Source: Hypanus sabinus
Taxonomy: Eukaryota
Assembly (NCBI RefSeq): GCF_030144855.1
Contig: NC_082718.1
Span: 14,322,001-14,386,000, forward strand
Length of the DNA stretch: 64,000 nucleotides
Reading direction: 5' to 3'
Part shown: positions 51,124-64,000 of the stretch, piece by piece
Numbering within the stretch: the first letter of the stretch is position 1
Layout: each line of letters starts with the position of its first letter
Translations under genes and position numbers: made by a program
The notes under the pieces: generated by a model
Databases searched by the model: none
Told to the model about the DNA's origin: nothing
What the model saw: the letters and a program-made list of their open reading frames with translations, nothing else

Positions 51124-53770
51124 CAGTAGCATCATGCTAAAAGAGACGGCAAAGAGTTTTGGTGCCAAAACACATTCTCGTTTCACTCCGGTACTTTTCG
51201 AGAATGGCTTAGACTGGTCACTTTTGTGTTTAACCTGATGCCTATGGCCTTCATGGAGCTGCTGCAGGTGGTGAGGAATTGAAGGGGACAGACGAGCTTC
51301 GACAGAATCTTCCAGAGACCATCGAGGCTGACAGTATTAAAAGCGTTGGTCAGGTCAATGAACGCCGCATACAGTCCCATGCTCTATTCATTTCAATTCT
51401 CCTGTATCTGGTGTAGGATGAAGATCATGTCGGATGTGCCTCTCTTTGTTCTAAATCCACACTGACTCTCTGTGAGGTTGCTTTCGGTAATGGTACGGAT
51501 GTTCAAGAGGCTCTTATCAGTGCTGGACGGCAGGGTAACGTCTTTATCATTTGAGCAATCTGATTTATCTCCTTTGTTCTTGTACAGGGAGACAATTACA
51601 GCATCGTGATAGGTAATTTGGGACTGAACTTTTCTCCCAACAGAGTGTGAACAGGTTTGTGTGCTCACTCAGGAGAAAATCCCCTCCCATTTTGTACACT
51701 TTTGCCGGGATCCCATCAGTTCCTGGGCTTTATGGCATTTCATCTTGGAAATAGCAGCATTGACTTCGTCCAGAGTTGGTGAGCCATCAAGCTTAAGCCT
51801 GATCTCATGCTGCAAGTGATCCGTTTCAATGGATGCTACTTGATGATTATCCCCAAAGAGGCTCTCGTCGTGCTCTGACCATTGTCTCAGTTTGTCTGTC
51901 AGCACTCTGGAGCTGCTGGATAAGTGTAGGAGGGCTTGAATCTGACCGTGCACCATGTGCAGTAATTTATAGAAGGCTTGAGTGCTACCATTGTATGCAT
52001 AGTGCTATGTTCATTCTGCTAGGGTAGTGGTTGCCAACCCGTCAATCGCGATCGACTAGTCGATCCTTGATACTTTCCCAGTTGATCCCGAAAAAAAGAA
52101 GAAAAATAAATACACAAATACTGTTGAGAGATTGTTTGTGGGTTGCGGGGTTTTAGTTCCGTTCTTTCTGCCAGTGCACATGCGAGTAGCTCTCCCACAA
52201 TACACAGTGTACTTCTGTGATCCCCAACCACCGGGCCGTGAGGAAACGATATGAGTCAGCTGCATCTTTCCTCATCCCCTGTCACATGCGAGGTCATCAG
52301 GCGACTAAACGCAGTGACACACTCGCGCCAGGGATCTCTGGTTGGCCTCGCACGGCCGGCGGGAAGTGCCATCGCTACTGGCCTGGAGCACTGAACCTGT
52401 TTACCACACTGAATGTTCGTGGGGAATCCGGTGCTAAAATATTCGCAGACGACCTAATTCGGACTCAGTGTTTCGTAAGTAGCAGAGCAGCTACCGCGCT
52501 GCGATCTACTGAAACAAACTTTTGTTGGCCGATAGATCCTACAAGGGAGGCGGGCGGGCGCTCTGTCACACTCCCCGCCCAGTCGGCCGCTTGCTCCGGA
52601 CTGCGACCGCCGCGGCCCCGGTACAGGGACCTCCAGCCCTGACCTTGTCCTCTCACCCCACTCACAACCAGCCACACCCGGCCAAGGTGTCTGGCAGTGG
52701 GTGGGCAGGCGGGAGGCTGAGTTCGGGCCTGGAGGCTGTCTAATGAGGCAATATCTCAAAACTGCTTCAGTACACTGAGTCCAAGCACCCTGCACTTAAA
52801 GATAAACCTGCTAAGCTTTTTCAGCGGTTAAAACATGAACAAGTGGGACAGAAGCCAAGAGCCATGAAAACTAAATTGCGGAATAGACTGAACCTAAGGA
52901 ACCTGCTTTGAGTATCACTGTATTCCCGTCGTGTTTAACACCGCCCTGCCCCCTTCGGCCGGTCCGCAAGAATATTATCAATATTAGACCAGTCCGCAGT
53001 GCAAAAAAAGTGTGGTTACCTCCAGTGTTTATACATTGCGGGGTTTTACTTCCAGTCTTTTCTGCCCCAGTGCGCATGCGTATAACTAATTGATGTGGGG
53101 TGGATCTTGCCTTTTACAAAGGCCGAGGTAGGGGATCTTGGGCTTAAAAAGGTTGGTGACCACTATGCGAGGGTTTCACATCTGTCTCAGTTTGGCTTGG
53201 AGGGTGCTGCATGCAACTCTGTTCTGCCTTGGCCACATGGTCGTCGGGTCTTAGACAGCACCACTTGATGGGAGGCATGTTTCTTCTGGATTTCAACAGC
53301 ACTTTCATCAAAACAGTCCTTGTTTCTTCATGAGGAGTGTGCAACTACCTCGACAGGCACATCTTCGACGGCAGTCTTTAGGTGCTCCCTTTTTTCTCCT
53401 ATGCCAGAGTCTGTGCATGAGGTGCATTTGCTGTCCAATATCTCTCTTAACTTGATCTGAGGAGGAGGCCAAACTTATCCACCTGGAGTCTCCTCAGCTG
53501 CAGTCTCCTTTACCTTATTCCTGGCACAATAGCCAGTTTGATGTTTGCCCTGACCGGTCTTTCATCCATATAACAATCCGCACTCGGCATGACCCTGACA
53601 TGTAGAACATCTGACACAGCCTTTTGGCACACCAGGATGTACTCCAGGAGGTGACAGTGTTCGGATTGAGGGAATCTCCAGGAGATTGTCTTGAACCTGG
53701 CTTTCATTTAAAACAGCGTATTTGTTACAACCAGACCGAATTGTATGCAGAGATCCAGGAGCATCCTCTC
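50290..53770 (-). mobile_element. Decayed RTE LINE (endonuclease to RT to C-terminus), split by a hAT MITE
   Basis: 'LYKNKGDKSDCSN..ESQCGFR..RGTSDMIF', 'AFIDLTNAFNTVS', 'RLLKAVLYGELSQGQR..GAPRKRYED'. Confidence 0.88.
52025..53165. mobile_element. Non-autonomous hAT element with internal Charlie-derived segment
   Basis: TIRs tagtggttgccaacc and ggttggtgaccacta (13/15); TSD tgctaggg (52017-52024) vs tgcgaggg (53166-53173); internal 'HPALKDKP' and 'KTKLRNRL' transposase scraps. Confidence 0.85.
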
Positions 53771-54189
53771 GAGATTGTTCTGTGGATATCACCAGAGGTT
53801 TCATCAACACTAAAGTCTGAAGCATTCATAATGTAGACAAGAGGAAGATGTTTGCAATGCCCTGGAGAGTTTGCTTTGGGAAAAAAACACAAGGATGATC
53901 CTAATTTAGAAGTAAACTCCCACTGGAACTTCAAATTAAAATGTTGGAAATACAGCAACATCTCCAATCAGACACACTCAAGAGTATATCCTGGGTAAAT
54001 ACTGATTGGAACTGGAAAATGACAGAATGGAAGAAGCTTACATTGAAGAGAGAATGGGATAAAGTGCAGGAGGGAGGTGTGATAAATGCAGTGCTGGAGT
54101 GGGAGAAGATACGGTGATCAAAGTTGGCGAATGACCAGAGGTACATCCAGAGAAGGAGGGAATAGGAAAACAGAGACTTATTTTTCCCA

Positions 54190-57100
54190 ATAAGACTATA
54201 AGACCATAAGACATAGGAGCAGAATTAGACCACTCAGCCCATGGAGTATGTTCCACCATTCTATCTTAGCCAATCCCGGATTCCACTCAACGCCATCCTT
54301 CTGCCTTCTCGCCATACCCTTTGATGCCCTGACCAAACATGAAGCTATCAAATTCTGCTTTAACTATACTCATGTATTTGGCCTCCACCACAGTCTGTGG
54401 CAGAGAATTCCACAGTTTGTCTATTCTCTAGCTAAAAAATATTCCTCCTTACCTCTGTTCTAACAGGTCGCCCCTCAACATTGAGGCTGTGCCCTCTAGT
54501 TCTGGATACCGCATCATAGGAAACATCCTCTTCACATCCACCTTATCTAGTCCTTTCAATATTCAGTATGTTTCAATGAGATCCCCCTGCATTCTTCTAA
54601 ATTCCAGCGAGTACAGACTCAAAGCTACAAATGCACCTCATGTGTTAACCCCCCCCCCCCCCTTCATTCCCAGAATCATTCTCGTGAACTTCCTCTGGTC
54701 TCTCTCCAATGACAACATATCCTTTCTGAGATATGGAACCAAACTGTTGACAATATTATTAGTGTCTTATAAAGCCTCAGCATTATCTCCTTGCTTTTAT
54801 ATTCTATTCCCCTTGAAATAAACAGCAACATTGCGTTTGCCTTCCTTACCATAGACTGAAACTGTAAATTAACCCACTGGGAGTCTTGCACAAGAAATCC
54901 TAAGCCGCTCTGCAACTCTGATGTTTGAATTTTCTAATTATTTAGATAATAGTCTGCACAATGTTCCTTTTACCAAAATGCATTATCACACATTTCCCAA
55001 CACTGTATTCCATCTGCCACTTATTTGCCCATTTGACCAGTTTCTCCAAGTCCTGCTGCAATTGCATTGCTTCCTCAGCACTACCTGCCCTCCACATATC
55101 TTTGTATCATCTGCAAGCTTTGCCACAAAGTCATCAATGCCATTTGCTGAATCATTGACAAACAATGTGAGAAGTGATGGTCCCGATACTGACTCCTGAG
55201 GAACACCACTAGTCACTGGCAGCCAACCAGAAAAGGCCCTCTAATTCCCATTTACTGCCTCCTGGCTGTCAGCCATTCTGTTATCCATGCCAGCATCTTT
55301 CCTGTAATGCCATAGGATTTTACCTTGTTAAGCAGTCTCACGTGTGGCACCTTATCAAATGCCTTCTGAAAATCCAAGTAAATGACATCCACTGCCTCTC
55401 CTTTGTCCACCCTGCTTATTACTTCCTTGAAGAACTCCAACAGATTTGTCATGCAATATTTCCCCTTACAGAAACTATGCTGACTTTGACTTATTTTATT
55501 AAAAGACTCCAAGAACCCTGAAACCTCTTCCTTAATAATAGCCTCCAACACTTTTCTTCAAGAGTGGAGTGACATTTGCAATTTTCCTGTCCTCTGGGAC
55601 CATGCCAGAATCAAGTGATTCTTGAAAGATCATAATCAATGGATCTACTATCTCTTCAGCAACTTCTCTCAGGACTCCGGGATGTAGTCCTTTTGGTCCA
55701 GGTGACTTATCCACTTCAAGGCATTTGCGTTTGCCCAGCGCTTTTTATTTGTAATAGCAATGGCACTCACTGCTGCTCCCTGACACTCACAAACTACTGG
55801 CATATTGCTAGTGTCTTTCACAGTGAAGACAGATGCAAAGTCCTCATTAGGTTTGTCTGCCATTTCTTTGTTCCCCATAACTACCTCACCAGCATCATAT
55901 TCGACTGATCCAATATTAACTTTTACTTCACTTTTACTCTTAATTTAACTGAAAAAAACTTCTAGCATCCTGCTTTATATCATTGGCTTGTTTGCCCTCA
56001 TATTTCATCTTTTCCCTTCTTATAGCTTTTTAGTTGCCTTTTGGTGGATTTGAAAAGCTTCCCAATCATCCAACTTCCACACACTTTTGCTACCTTTCCC
56101 TTTTTTCATGCAGACCTTAACTTCCCTTGTCTGCCACGGTTGCCCATTGGATCTTTGTCATCTGTAGGACATATCTATCCCACGCCTTGTGAACAATTTC
56201 CAGAAACTTCAGCCACCCCTGCACTACTGTCATCCCTGCCAGTATCCTCCAACAATCCACCCAGGCAAGATTCTCTCTCACACCTCTGTAATTCCCTTTA
56301 TTCTGTTGTGATACTGATGCATGTGACTTATGCTTCTCCCTCTCAAGCTGCAAACGAATCCAATCATATTATGATCACTGACTCCTAATGTTCCTCTATG
56401 TTTAGCCCCCATAAAATTAGACCATCTCTAATTATTCCACGAGTTCATCCACCTTATTCTGAATGCTACCTGCATTTAAATATAGCACCTTATTTCCTGC
56501 ATTCTTCGCCCTTTTGGATTTTCCCACTGTGGTACAATTTAACTCTTTGGTCTGTCTGCATTTGTATCCAATCATTGGCCTGTCCTTCCTTATATTAATG
56601 TTACACCCATCATCTACTTGTAAACCTATTGGATCATCCTCCGCTCTATCATACTGGTTCCCATCCCCCTGCCATATTAGTTTAAACCACTCCCAACAGC
56701 TCTAGTAAACCTGCCCGCAATAATATTGGTCCCCCTTGGATTCAAGTACAACCTGTGCTTTTGTACAGTTCACACCTGCCCCAGCAGAGGTTCCAGTTAT
56801 TCAAAGTGTGAATCCCTCCCCCCCCCCCCACTCCAAATCTCCAGCAACACATTTATCTGCCACCTCCTTCTATTCCTGTCCTCACTGTTGAGTGGCACAG
56901 GCAACAATCTCCAGATTAGTACCCTTGAGGTCCTGCTTTTCAGCTTCCTTCCTAACTCCCTGTATTCTGTTTTCAGGAACTCTTCCTATTTTCTACCAAT
57001 GTTGTTGATACCAATATGTACCACAACTTATGGCTGCTCACCCTCCCCTTCTCAAGATATTGTGAATGAGTTCTGAAACATCATGGACCCTGGCACCTGG

Positions 57101-57280
57101 GAGACAATCTACCATCATGCTTCTTTTTCATGTCCACAGAATCGCTTGAGTATTGAGCCTCCTATTACTGCTGCTATCCCCTTCAGTTCCCTACTGTTCC
57201 GAGCAGCAGGGCCAGACTCGAGGCTACTGTTGTTTCCCTCAGGTAGGTCATCCTCCCCCAACAGTACTCAAAATGGAGAC
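54190..57280 (-). mobile_element. CR1 LINE (ORF1 remnant to 3' tail) with internal deletions
   Basis: 'DKSPGPKGLHP', 'VIYLDFQKAFDKVPH', 'KLADDTK'; tail (taagac..)n at 54190. Confidence 0.92.
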
Positions 57281-57879
57281 CTTAATATCAGGGGGTGTCT
57301 CACTGGAATCACCAACAGTTTATCAGAATTAAGGTGTAAATATTTCAGAGAAGGGTCATGTGGAAAGGGTTAAAGAAAAGTTGGCCAAAGGTTGATTGAC
57401 AAGTAGCTGAGCAGGTTTAATAAACCTGAGACAGATTGCACATTGTTGAGGGAAAAATATTTGGAGAACATTTTGCAGTGTAACTCCCTTCCTTCTGTGG
57501 ACTGGTCCATTGTTTTTCTTCATGAGACCGAGCTGTGTTATTTTAAAGCATGCAATGTAGGATTGTTTATAAAACTGGATTTTCCTGAAAAACCTTATTG
57601 CTGAGAAATGCTGTTGATGCAAGTCTTAAGGTATCAAAATATTATTTTTGGTAACCTCTGAGGGAATTTTTTGAAGGGACAAGACCCTTGGTCAAGCTTT
57701 GGAGGCATGTGCAGAATAGAATGAAAATTCTTCTGGTCTAGATGATGTTGGGCTGCAGTCTCCATCGATGTTCTGGATCAGAGTCAGTTGTCAGTTAATT
57801 TCATAGGGATGGTTTTTGGTTCAGAGAGGGGATTTAGAGGTCAAGTTAAGCTTCAGGGATGTGTCGGATTAGAGGTCAA

Positions 57880-58215
57880 ACCAGATTCAAGGCTGCTTAT
57901 TCTACAGACATCATTTTACAGCTGTGCAGTAAGAGCATCCTGACAATCTGCATCACTACTTGGTATGGAAACTTCACTGCAGCAGGTAGGAAGGTTCTAC
58001 AACCGCTGGTAAAAACTTGCACCATGCAGCATTGGCACCAGCCTCCACACCATCAGGGAAATATTTACAGAAAGAAGCTGGAAAAAGGCTAGTAACATCA
58101 TGAAGGATCCCACATGTTTGTCCCACTCCCATCAGGGACGAGGCTACGCCCGTGCCAGCACCACTATTGCTTTCTCCAAGCAGTAAGGCTGATCAACACC
58201 TCCACCCACTAACCA
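57880..58215 (+). mobile_element. Rex1 3' fragment
   Basis: 'SILTICITTWYGNFTA..RKVLQ'. Confidence 0.75.
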
Positions 58216-58854
58216 CCATTACTGTTATGCTTTGTAACTACAAAACCTGAAACAAATTCAAAGGAAGAAACGGAAGTCCAAAATAAAAGGTGAGGTGCAC
58301 CTGTCATGTGGTAATGTGATGATGAGTGTAATTCAGATAATTATACATATAACCTGTAATGAATTATATAAACAAACAAGAATGCTTAATCAACTAAGTT
58401 TTATAAAAGAGTACTCAAACATCACTTAACTATTAAATACACAACAATTACTTTGTTATTTCCTGTCAGTCAGCTTACGTACAACATAGCTTCACTTTAT
58501 GGATTTACAATCAATTTAAATATGCAAGTTATCTCATGCATTTAAATTTATTGTGTTCTTCATTTTATTTTCATGCTTCCTCAGATCCAGAGTAACAATT
58601 ATCTTGTTCTCCTTCACACTTGTGAGCTGGAAATGACTTTACACAATCTAGAATCTTGGTGGCCCACCAGGTCAGTAAGCCGCCCCGCCCCCCAGGAGTC
58701 GAATATTCACTGCTGACCCCACTGGTCTATTTACTGCAATGTCAGTACAACATAATCATCACAGAGTGTACATTCTGTTCATTCTCAGGGCAGAACATTC
58801 CAAATGTTCCATAGCCCTCTGCACAAGGAAATCTCTTCCTTTCTAAATTCTAAA

Positions 58855-60130
58855 ATAGATAATTAGATAGTTAGATAGATACTTTATTGATCCCAAGAGA
58901 AATCACACTGCCACAATAGCATTATAAGTGCACATATATACAAATAAACAAATATTAGAATAGGAATAAGAAACAATAAAAAATAAGTTACCTCAAACAG
59001 TCTTAACAGGATGAAGCCATCACTTCCCCAGCTATAGGTAGACTCACTATAGAGCCTGAAGGCCAAGAATAAGAATGACCTCATATAGCGCTCTATCACT
59101 AAAATTGCTCTTCTGTTCTACCAAGGTGGCATGCAGAGGGTGAGGGTCCAGAATTTCCAAGATTTTCCATAGAATCCTTTGTTCTATCACAGCCTCCAGT
59201 TTGTCCAGTTTGACTCCTATAACAGAGCCAGCCTTTCTAATCAGTTTATTGAGCCTGTTGGCATCACCCATGTTGATATCATTGCCCCTTCACACCACCG
59301 CATAGAAGATTGAGCTGGCATCAACATTCTGGTGGAACATGTGAAGGAGAGGCTCGCATACTCCAAAGGACCTCAGGAAGTAGAGGCGACTCTGGCTCTT
59401 CTTGTACACAGCCTCTGTGTTCGTGCTTTACTCAAGTCTGTCAACCAGATGCAACCACAGGTACTTGTACGTCCTCATCACATCCATATCCTCACCATCT
59501 ATAGTAACAGGAGCAGTACAGACTCATTCTTCCGAAAGTCCATCACCACCTGCTTTGTCTTATTGAGCTGCAGATGATTCAGCTTGCACCATTTGACAAA
59601 GTCCTCCACCAGGGCCCTGTATTCATCCTCCCGTCCTCCCTTTATACACCCAACTATCGTTTAGTCAACAGGGAATTTATGCAGATGACATGGCTCAGTG
59701 TTGTAGCTGAAGTCTGAGATATACAGGTTAAACCAGAAGGGAGCGAAGACAGTCCCCTGTGGATCCCCAGTGCTGCTTACAGCCATGTCTGACACACAGC
59801 TCTGAAGCCACACAAACTGTGGTCTGCAAGTCAGATAGTTCATTATCCAGGATACAATGGATGTGCCAACCTGCAGTGAATGGAGCTTTCCCCCAGCAAC
59901 GAGGACTGTATGGTATTGAAGGCACTTGAGAAATCAAAACCCATGATCCTCACAGTGCTATCCTGCTTATCCAAATGGGAGTAGGCTCTGTTTCACAGAT
60001 AGATGACAGCATTGTCAACTCAATGTGCTCCTGGTTGGCAAACTGCAGGGGATCGAAAGCTGCTCTGGCCAGGGGTTGAAGGTGAGCCAGGAACAGCCTC
60101 TCTACTTTGTCTTCATGATGTGTGAATGTT
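58855..60130 (-). mobile_element. Rex1/Babar LINE 3' half
   Basis: 'DPLQFA', 'STGDPQGTVFAPFWFNLY', 'RLNKLIRKAGSV'; (atag)n tail. Confidence 0.87.
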
Positions 60131-60928
60131 GGCATCACCCTAGTTTTAGACTCTTCAGACATCACTTCTCATTATCCACTCCTCAGTCCATCTCAGAATC
60201 CTGGAGCTCTCAATGAGATCATCTGCACTTCTGGAGAAGTTCCTGTGCGTTTCGTCCAATTTTTCTATCTCGCTTCAATGGACATTTCTCGCAATCCAAG
60301 AGTCCATCTGGTGAATTGATGTTGCATCTTCACCATGACAAATCCAAAGACCAAATCAACTGCTGAACTCCTAATGAGTTCTCTATGTAACACTAGAATG
60401 TCGGCGAGACTTCAATGCTTTTGTTCTGCAAAGTCTTGCAATAACTGACTTGCAATTAGTTATCTTGCAATAACTAATGACTTCATAAATTCTCATTCTA
60501 CCTGCAGATTAAGGTTTTGCATCAGCGTGCCAGGACCCATCCACTCACCCGGTTCCTCATTGTGCCAAATCTTTAGTTTTGCTATTTCTCCTATCAAACA
60601 GCACAACCTCTCACTTCCCTATCGTACACTCCAAGTGTAGCATTTATCAATCCATCTATGTAAGATAGTTCAGGAGATTGTTCATGATCTCAACAACAGT
60701 GGGTAAAGGTCTAAAAATTATTTTGCAAGTTTTAACCAGAACGAGTAAATTACGTTGCAAAAATGACAGTCAATGTCAATTCCTCAAAACCTCAAAGACT
60801 GACTCCCTGAGTGACCTTAGTAAGTCTCTTTTCCTCCAAATCTGCCCTGTTCATTGCAGCTTCTCCTGCTAATGAGCACTTCCCCCACCCCGAACCTCTA
60901 TTTTGCCCACCATCCCCTCACTTTGATA

Positions 60929-60931
<3 letters not shown>

Positions 60932-60972
<41 letters not shown>
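60932..60972 (+). repeat. (CT)n microsatellite
   Basis: About 20 CT units. Confidence 0.95.
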
Positions 60973-60974
<2 letters not shown>

Positions 60975-60999
60975 CCCCCACTCTCATTAACAAGCAAGT

Positions 61000-61520
61000 A
61001 TACAGGTGTACATGTGTACCCAGTAAAGTGATCGCTGAGTGTATGTATGCATATATAAAATCAGCCAATCTTTTGGCAGCAACTTAAAGAATAAAAACAT
61101 GCAGGCACAGTCAAGAGGTTCAGTTGTTGAGACTAAGCATCAAAATGGGGAAGTGACAGACGGACTGGTTTGAGTATCTCAGAAACTGCTGAACACCAGG
61201 AATTTTCATCCACAACAGTGTTTGGAGTTTACAGAGAACAGTGCAAAATCAAATCAAATCCTGTGAGCAGCAGTTCTGTGGACATAAATTACTTATTAAT
61301 GGGAGAGGTCAGAGGAGAACGGTCAGACTGGTTCAAACTGACAGGAAGCCGGGAGTAACTCACATGAATGTGTTTTAACAGTGGTTTACAGAAGAGCATC
61401 TCTGAATGCACAATGTGTTGAACCTTGAAGTGGATGTCCTACAGCAGTAGAAGACCACAAACGTACACTCAATGGACACTTAAGGGAGTAACAGAATAAT
61501 GTGGGCACTGAGTGGATATG
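61000..61520 (+). mobile_element. Tc1-like DNA transposon derivative
   Basis: HTH scrap 'SISETAEHQEFSSTTVFGVYRE'; end motifs 'taaagtgatcgctgagtgta' and 'tacactcaatggacactt'. Confidence 0.7.
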
Positions 61521-61544
61521 TGTCAATCTCAAAATCTCAACGTT

Positions 61545-62370
61545 CAAACTAAACACAACTGAAAAGTCATATTTGACAAATCAGTAGAGATTTTGAGGAG
61601 GTAAACAAGAGGGTTGATGAGGATAAAGTAGTAGATGATATCTATATGGTCTTTAGCAAGGCCTTTGACAAGATCCTTTATGGCAGGCTGATCAGGATAC
61701 TTTATTAGGATGAGATTGGGCCAATAGTGAATTGGATTCATAATTGGCTACAGTGTAGGAGGAACAGTGTGATTGTTGAGGGTTATTTCATAATCCAGAA
61801 GCCTATGTCTACTGATGTGCCACAGGAGGTTGCTGCTGTAATTTATATTAGCAATTTGGGTGTGAATGTACAAGGACGGTGATTAGGAAGATTATGCATG
61901 ACACTAAAGTTGGAGGCGTTGCGTAACAGTACAGAAAATTACAGGGGGATCTTGATTAGTGAGGTGTGTGGGCTGAGAACTGGCAAATGGCTTACAGTCC
62001 AAATAGATGTGAGATATTGCATTTTGGGATAACAAACAAGGCTAGGACTTATACAGTGAATGTTAGGTCACTGTTGAGTATTACAGTAGAGGGACACCAA
62101 GGAATGCAGGTTCATGTTTTGCTGAAAACAGCTTCACAGGAAGACTGATTGGGAAAGAAGGCATTTGTCATGTTGGTCTTCATCAGTCAGGGCAATGAGT
62201 ACAGGAGCTGGGAAGTTATGTTACAGTTATACAGCATAGGAGATTGTTGACTCCGTACTTGGTGTAGCATGTTCAGTTTTGGCAACCCTGTCACAGGAAA
62301 GAAGTTATTAAACCAGAGCAAGTACATAAAAGATGTACCAGGATGTTTCCTGGAGTGAGTTACAAGAAGT
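61545..62370 (+). mobile_element. Old CR1 RT fragment
   Basis: 'WAENWQMAYSPNRCEILHFG'. Confidence 0.78.
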
Positions 62371-63629
62371 TGCGTGGACAAGTACCTTTAGTGTAATGTT
62401 TCACAGTGGCAGCTCTAAGATTGGTGTTCAATTATTGCTACTGCCAATATCATTTGTTACTGAGTTAAACAGTAGTTTTTCCTTTTTATACATTTTTAAA
62501 ATTTCCATGAAACTTTGGTTAATTGGGCAGTTGCTTAATAGAGTCAAATTGTACTGCTCCTGATGAGAATCAATTGACCAGAATCCATAGTACGACACTT
62601 TGCACTGAGATTAATTGAAAGCCAGTTAATGATGGTCATCCCACTTACTGAGCTAATCAAGATCTTCCTGTAATTTCTGACACCTTTCTTTGCTGATCTC
62701 CATTCTCATCTCTGAGTCATGAGGTTATGCGTTTAGGTCAAAGGACAGAAACCAGAGCACCAAAAACAATGGTGACACAGAGGGATCCTACATTGCAGGA
62801 GTTGCTGTGTTTTCAGATCCTTTCAGTTCGTTGTACTTTTCCCAGCTACAATGCTCCACACTTCCGGAACTTTGATAGATCTTTTATCATGTCTTCACTC
62901 ACCGATTCGTCAATTTTCTGCTCTTGTCTATTGTCTATAGTTCTCCTTTTCTTCGTCCCATGAGTCTTTAACTTACCACCGCACCCCTCTCTCTTTAATT
63001 TGTCCTTTTTTTCTCAGTAATTGTCCCTTTAGTAAAACTGAGCAGGAGGAAGAGCAGGATGCTGTTCAGCCAGGCTCCCCCTGCTGGTGAACCAGCTCCA
63101 TGATAATGAAAGGCAGAAAAAACACAGCCAACTGCAGTACTCAATACACTGCACTCTTTACTTCTTTTTCATTCTCTCCATGTATCGATCTCTCTCCCTC
63201 TCTTTCTCCCTATCCATTTGTCCCTGTCTTTCTTTCTTTAAGTGTCTCTCTCTGTCTTGCTCTATCCTTCTCTCTTTCTTATTATCTCCCAGTCCTTATT
63301 TCTCCCTATGTTTCTTTCTCTTAGTCAACTTAATCTGTCTTTTCCTCTTTCCTCATCTCCAATATGTCCTCTTTCTCTCAGTAATAATCTCTATTAGGAC
63401 AAGACAGAACTGCAGACAGACCCATGAGTGAAGCCCTCTTGTTTTATTGAGATCGCAAACAAGGGGATGATGAGAGAGGGGTAGGAGTCATGTGACACCA
63501 GCGAAGTACTAAACCAGTACTTTTCATCTGTTTTGTATGAGGAGCAGGATGTGAAGGATAGTGAGATCAATGTGGGACATTCTGATATTCTGGGACATTT
63601 TGAGATCTAGACTAAGGTGAAAACATTAC

Positions 63630-64000
63630 CAAAGATCCTCACCACCCAGACCATGTGCTTTTCTTGCTGCTGCCATCAGGTAGAAGGTACAAGTGCCTCA
63701 GGGCATTCAACAACAGTTAATGCCCCACAGCCATCAGGATCTTGAAGAAAAGAGGATAACTACACTCATCAATTGAGATGTTCCCACATCCAATGATCTC
63801 ACTTCAAGGACTCTTTAACTTGTTATTTCAAGCTCTCGTTTATTTATTGCTATTTATTTATATTAGCATTTACACAGTTTGGTGTCTTCAATACACTTGC
63901 TCTTTCATTGATCCTGTTTGCAGTTACTAATTTATAGATTTGCTGAGTATGCCCGCAGGAAAAAGAATTTCAGGGTTGTATGTGGTGATGTGTATGTACT
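63630..64000 (+). mobile_element. Rex1-type LINE 3' end
   Basis: 'gctgccatcaggtagaaggtacaag..' and 3' UTR 'gaatttcagggttgtatgtgg'. Confidence 0.7.

Overview
Repeat-dense vertebrate genomic DNA, most likely from a cartilaginous fish (ray or shark). This is inferred from the repeat set: CR1, Rex1/Babar and RTE LINEs, an HE1-like V-SINE, Penelope-type tails, Gypsy chromoviruses, hAT/Charlie and Tc1 elements. One intact host gene can be assembled by hand on the minus strand, and the ORF track misses it. It is a 6-exon (5 coding) secreted single-domain C-type lectin of 174 aa, CDS 29189->22987, with GT-AG introns, matching phases, a TATA/CCAAT promoter and a poly(A) signal. It has a REG-like architecture: an acidic pro-segment ending R-x-x-C, followed by a cationic CTLD. 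It lacks the EPN/QPD and WND motifs and has 9 Cys. The rest of the window is nested, decayed transposons, including a hAT deletion derivative carrying a solo LTR inside a Gypsy element, and an endogenous retrovirus pol/LTR remnant. There are also several local segmental duplications, a minisatellite and a 221-N assembly gap. Repeat boundaries are approximate unless TIRs or TSDs are quoted; identities are eyeball estimates.
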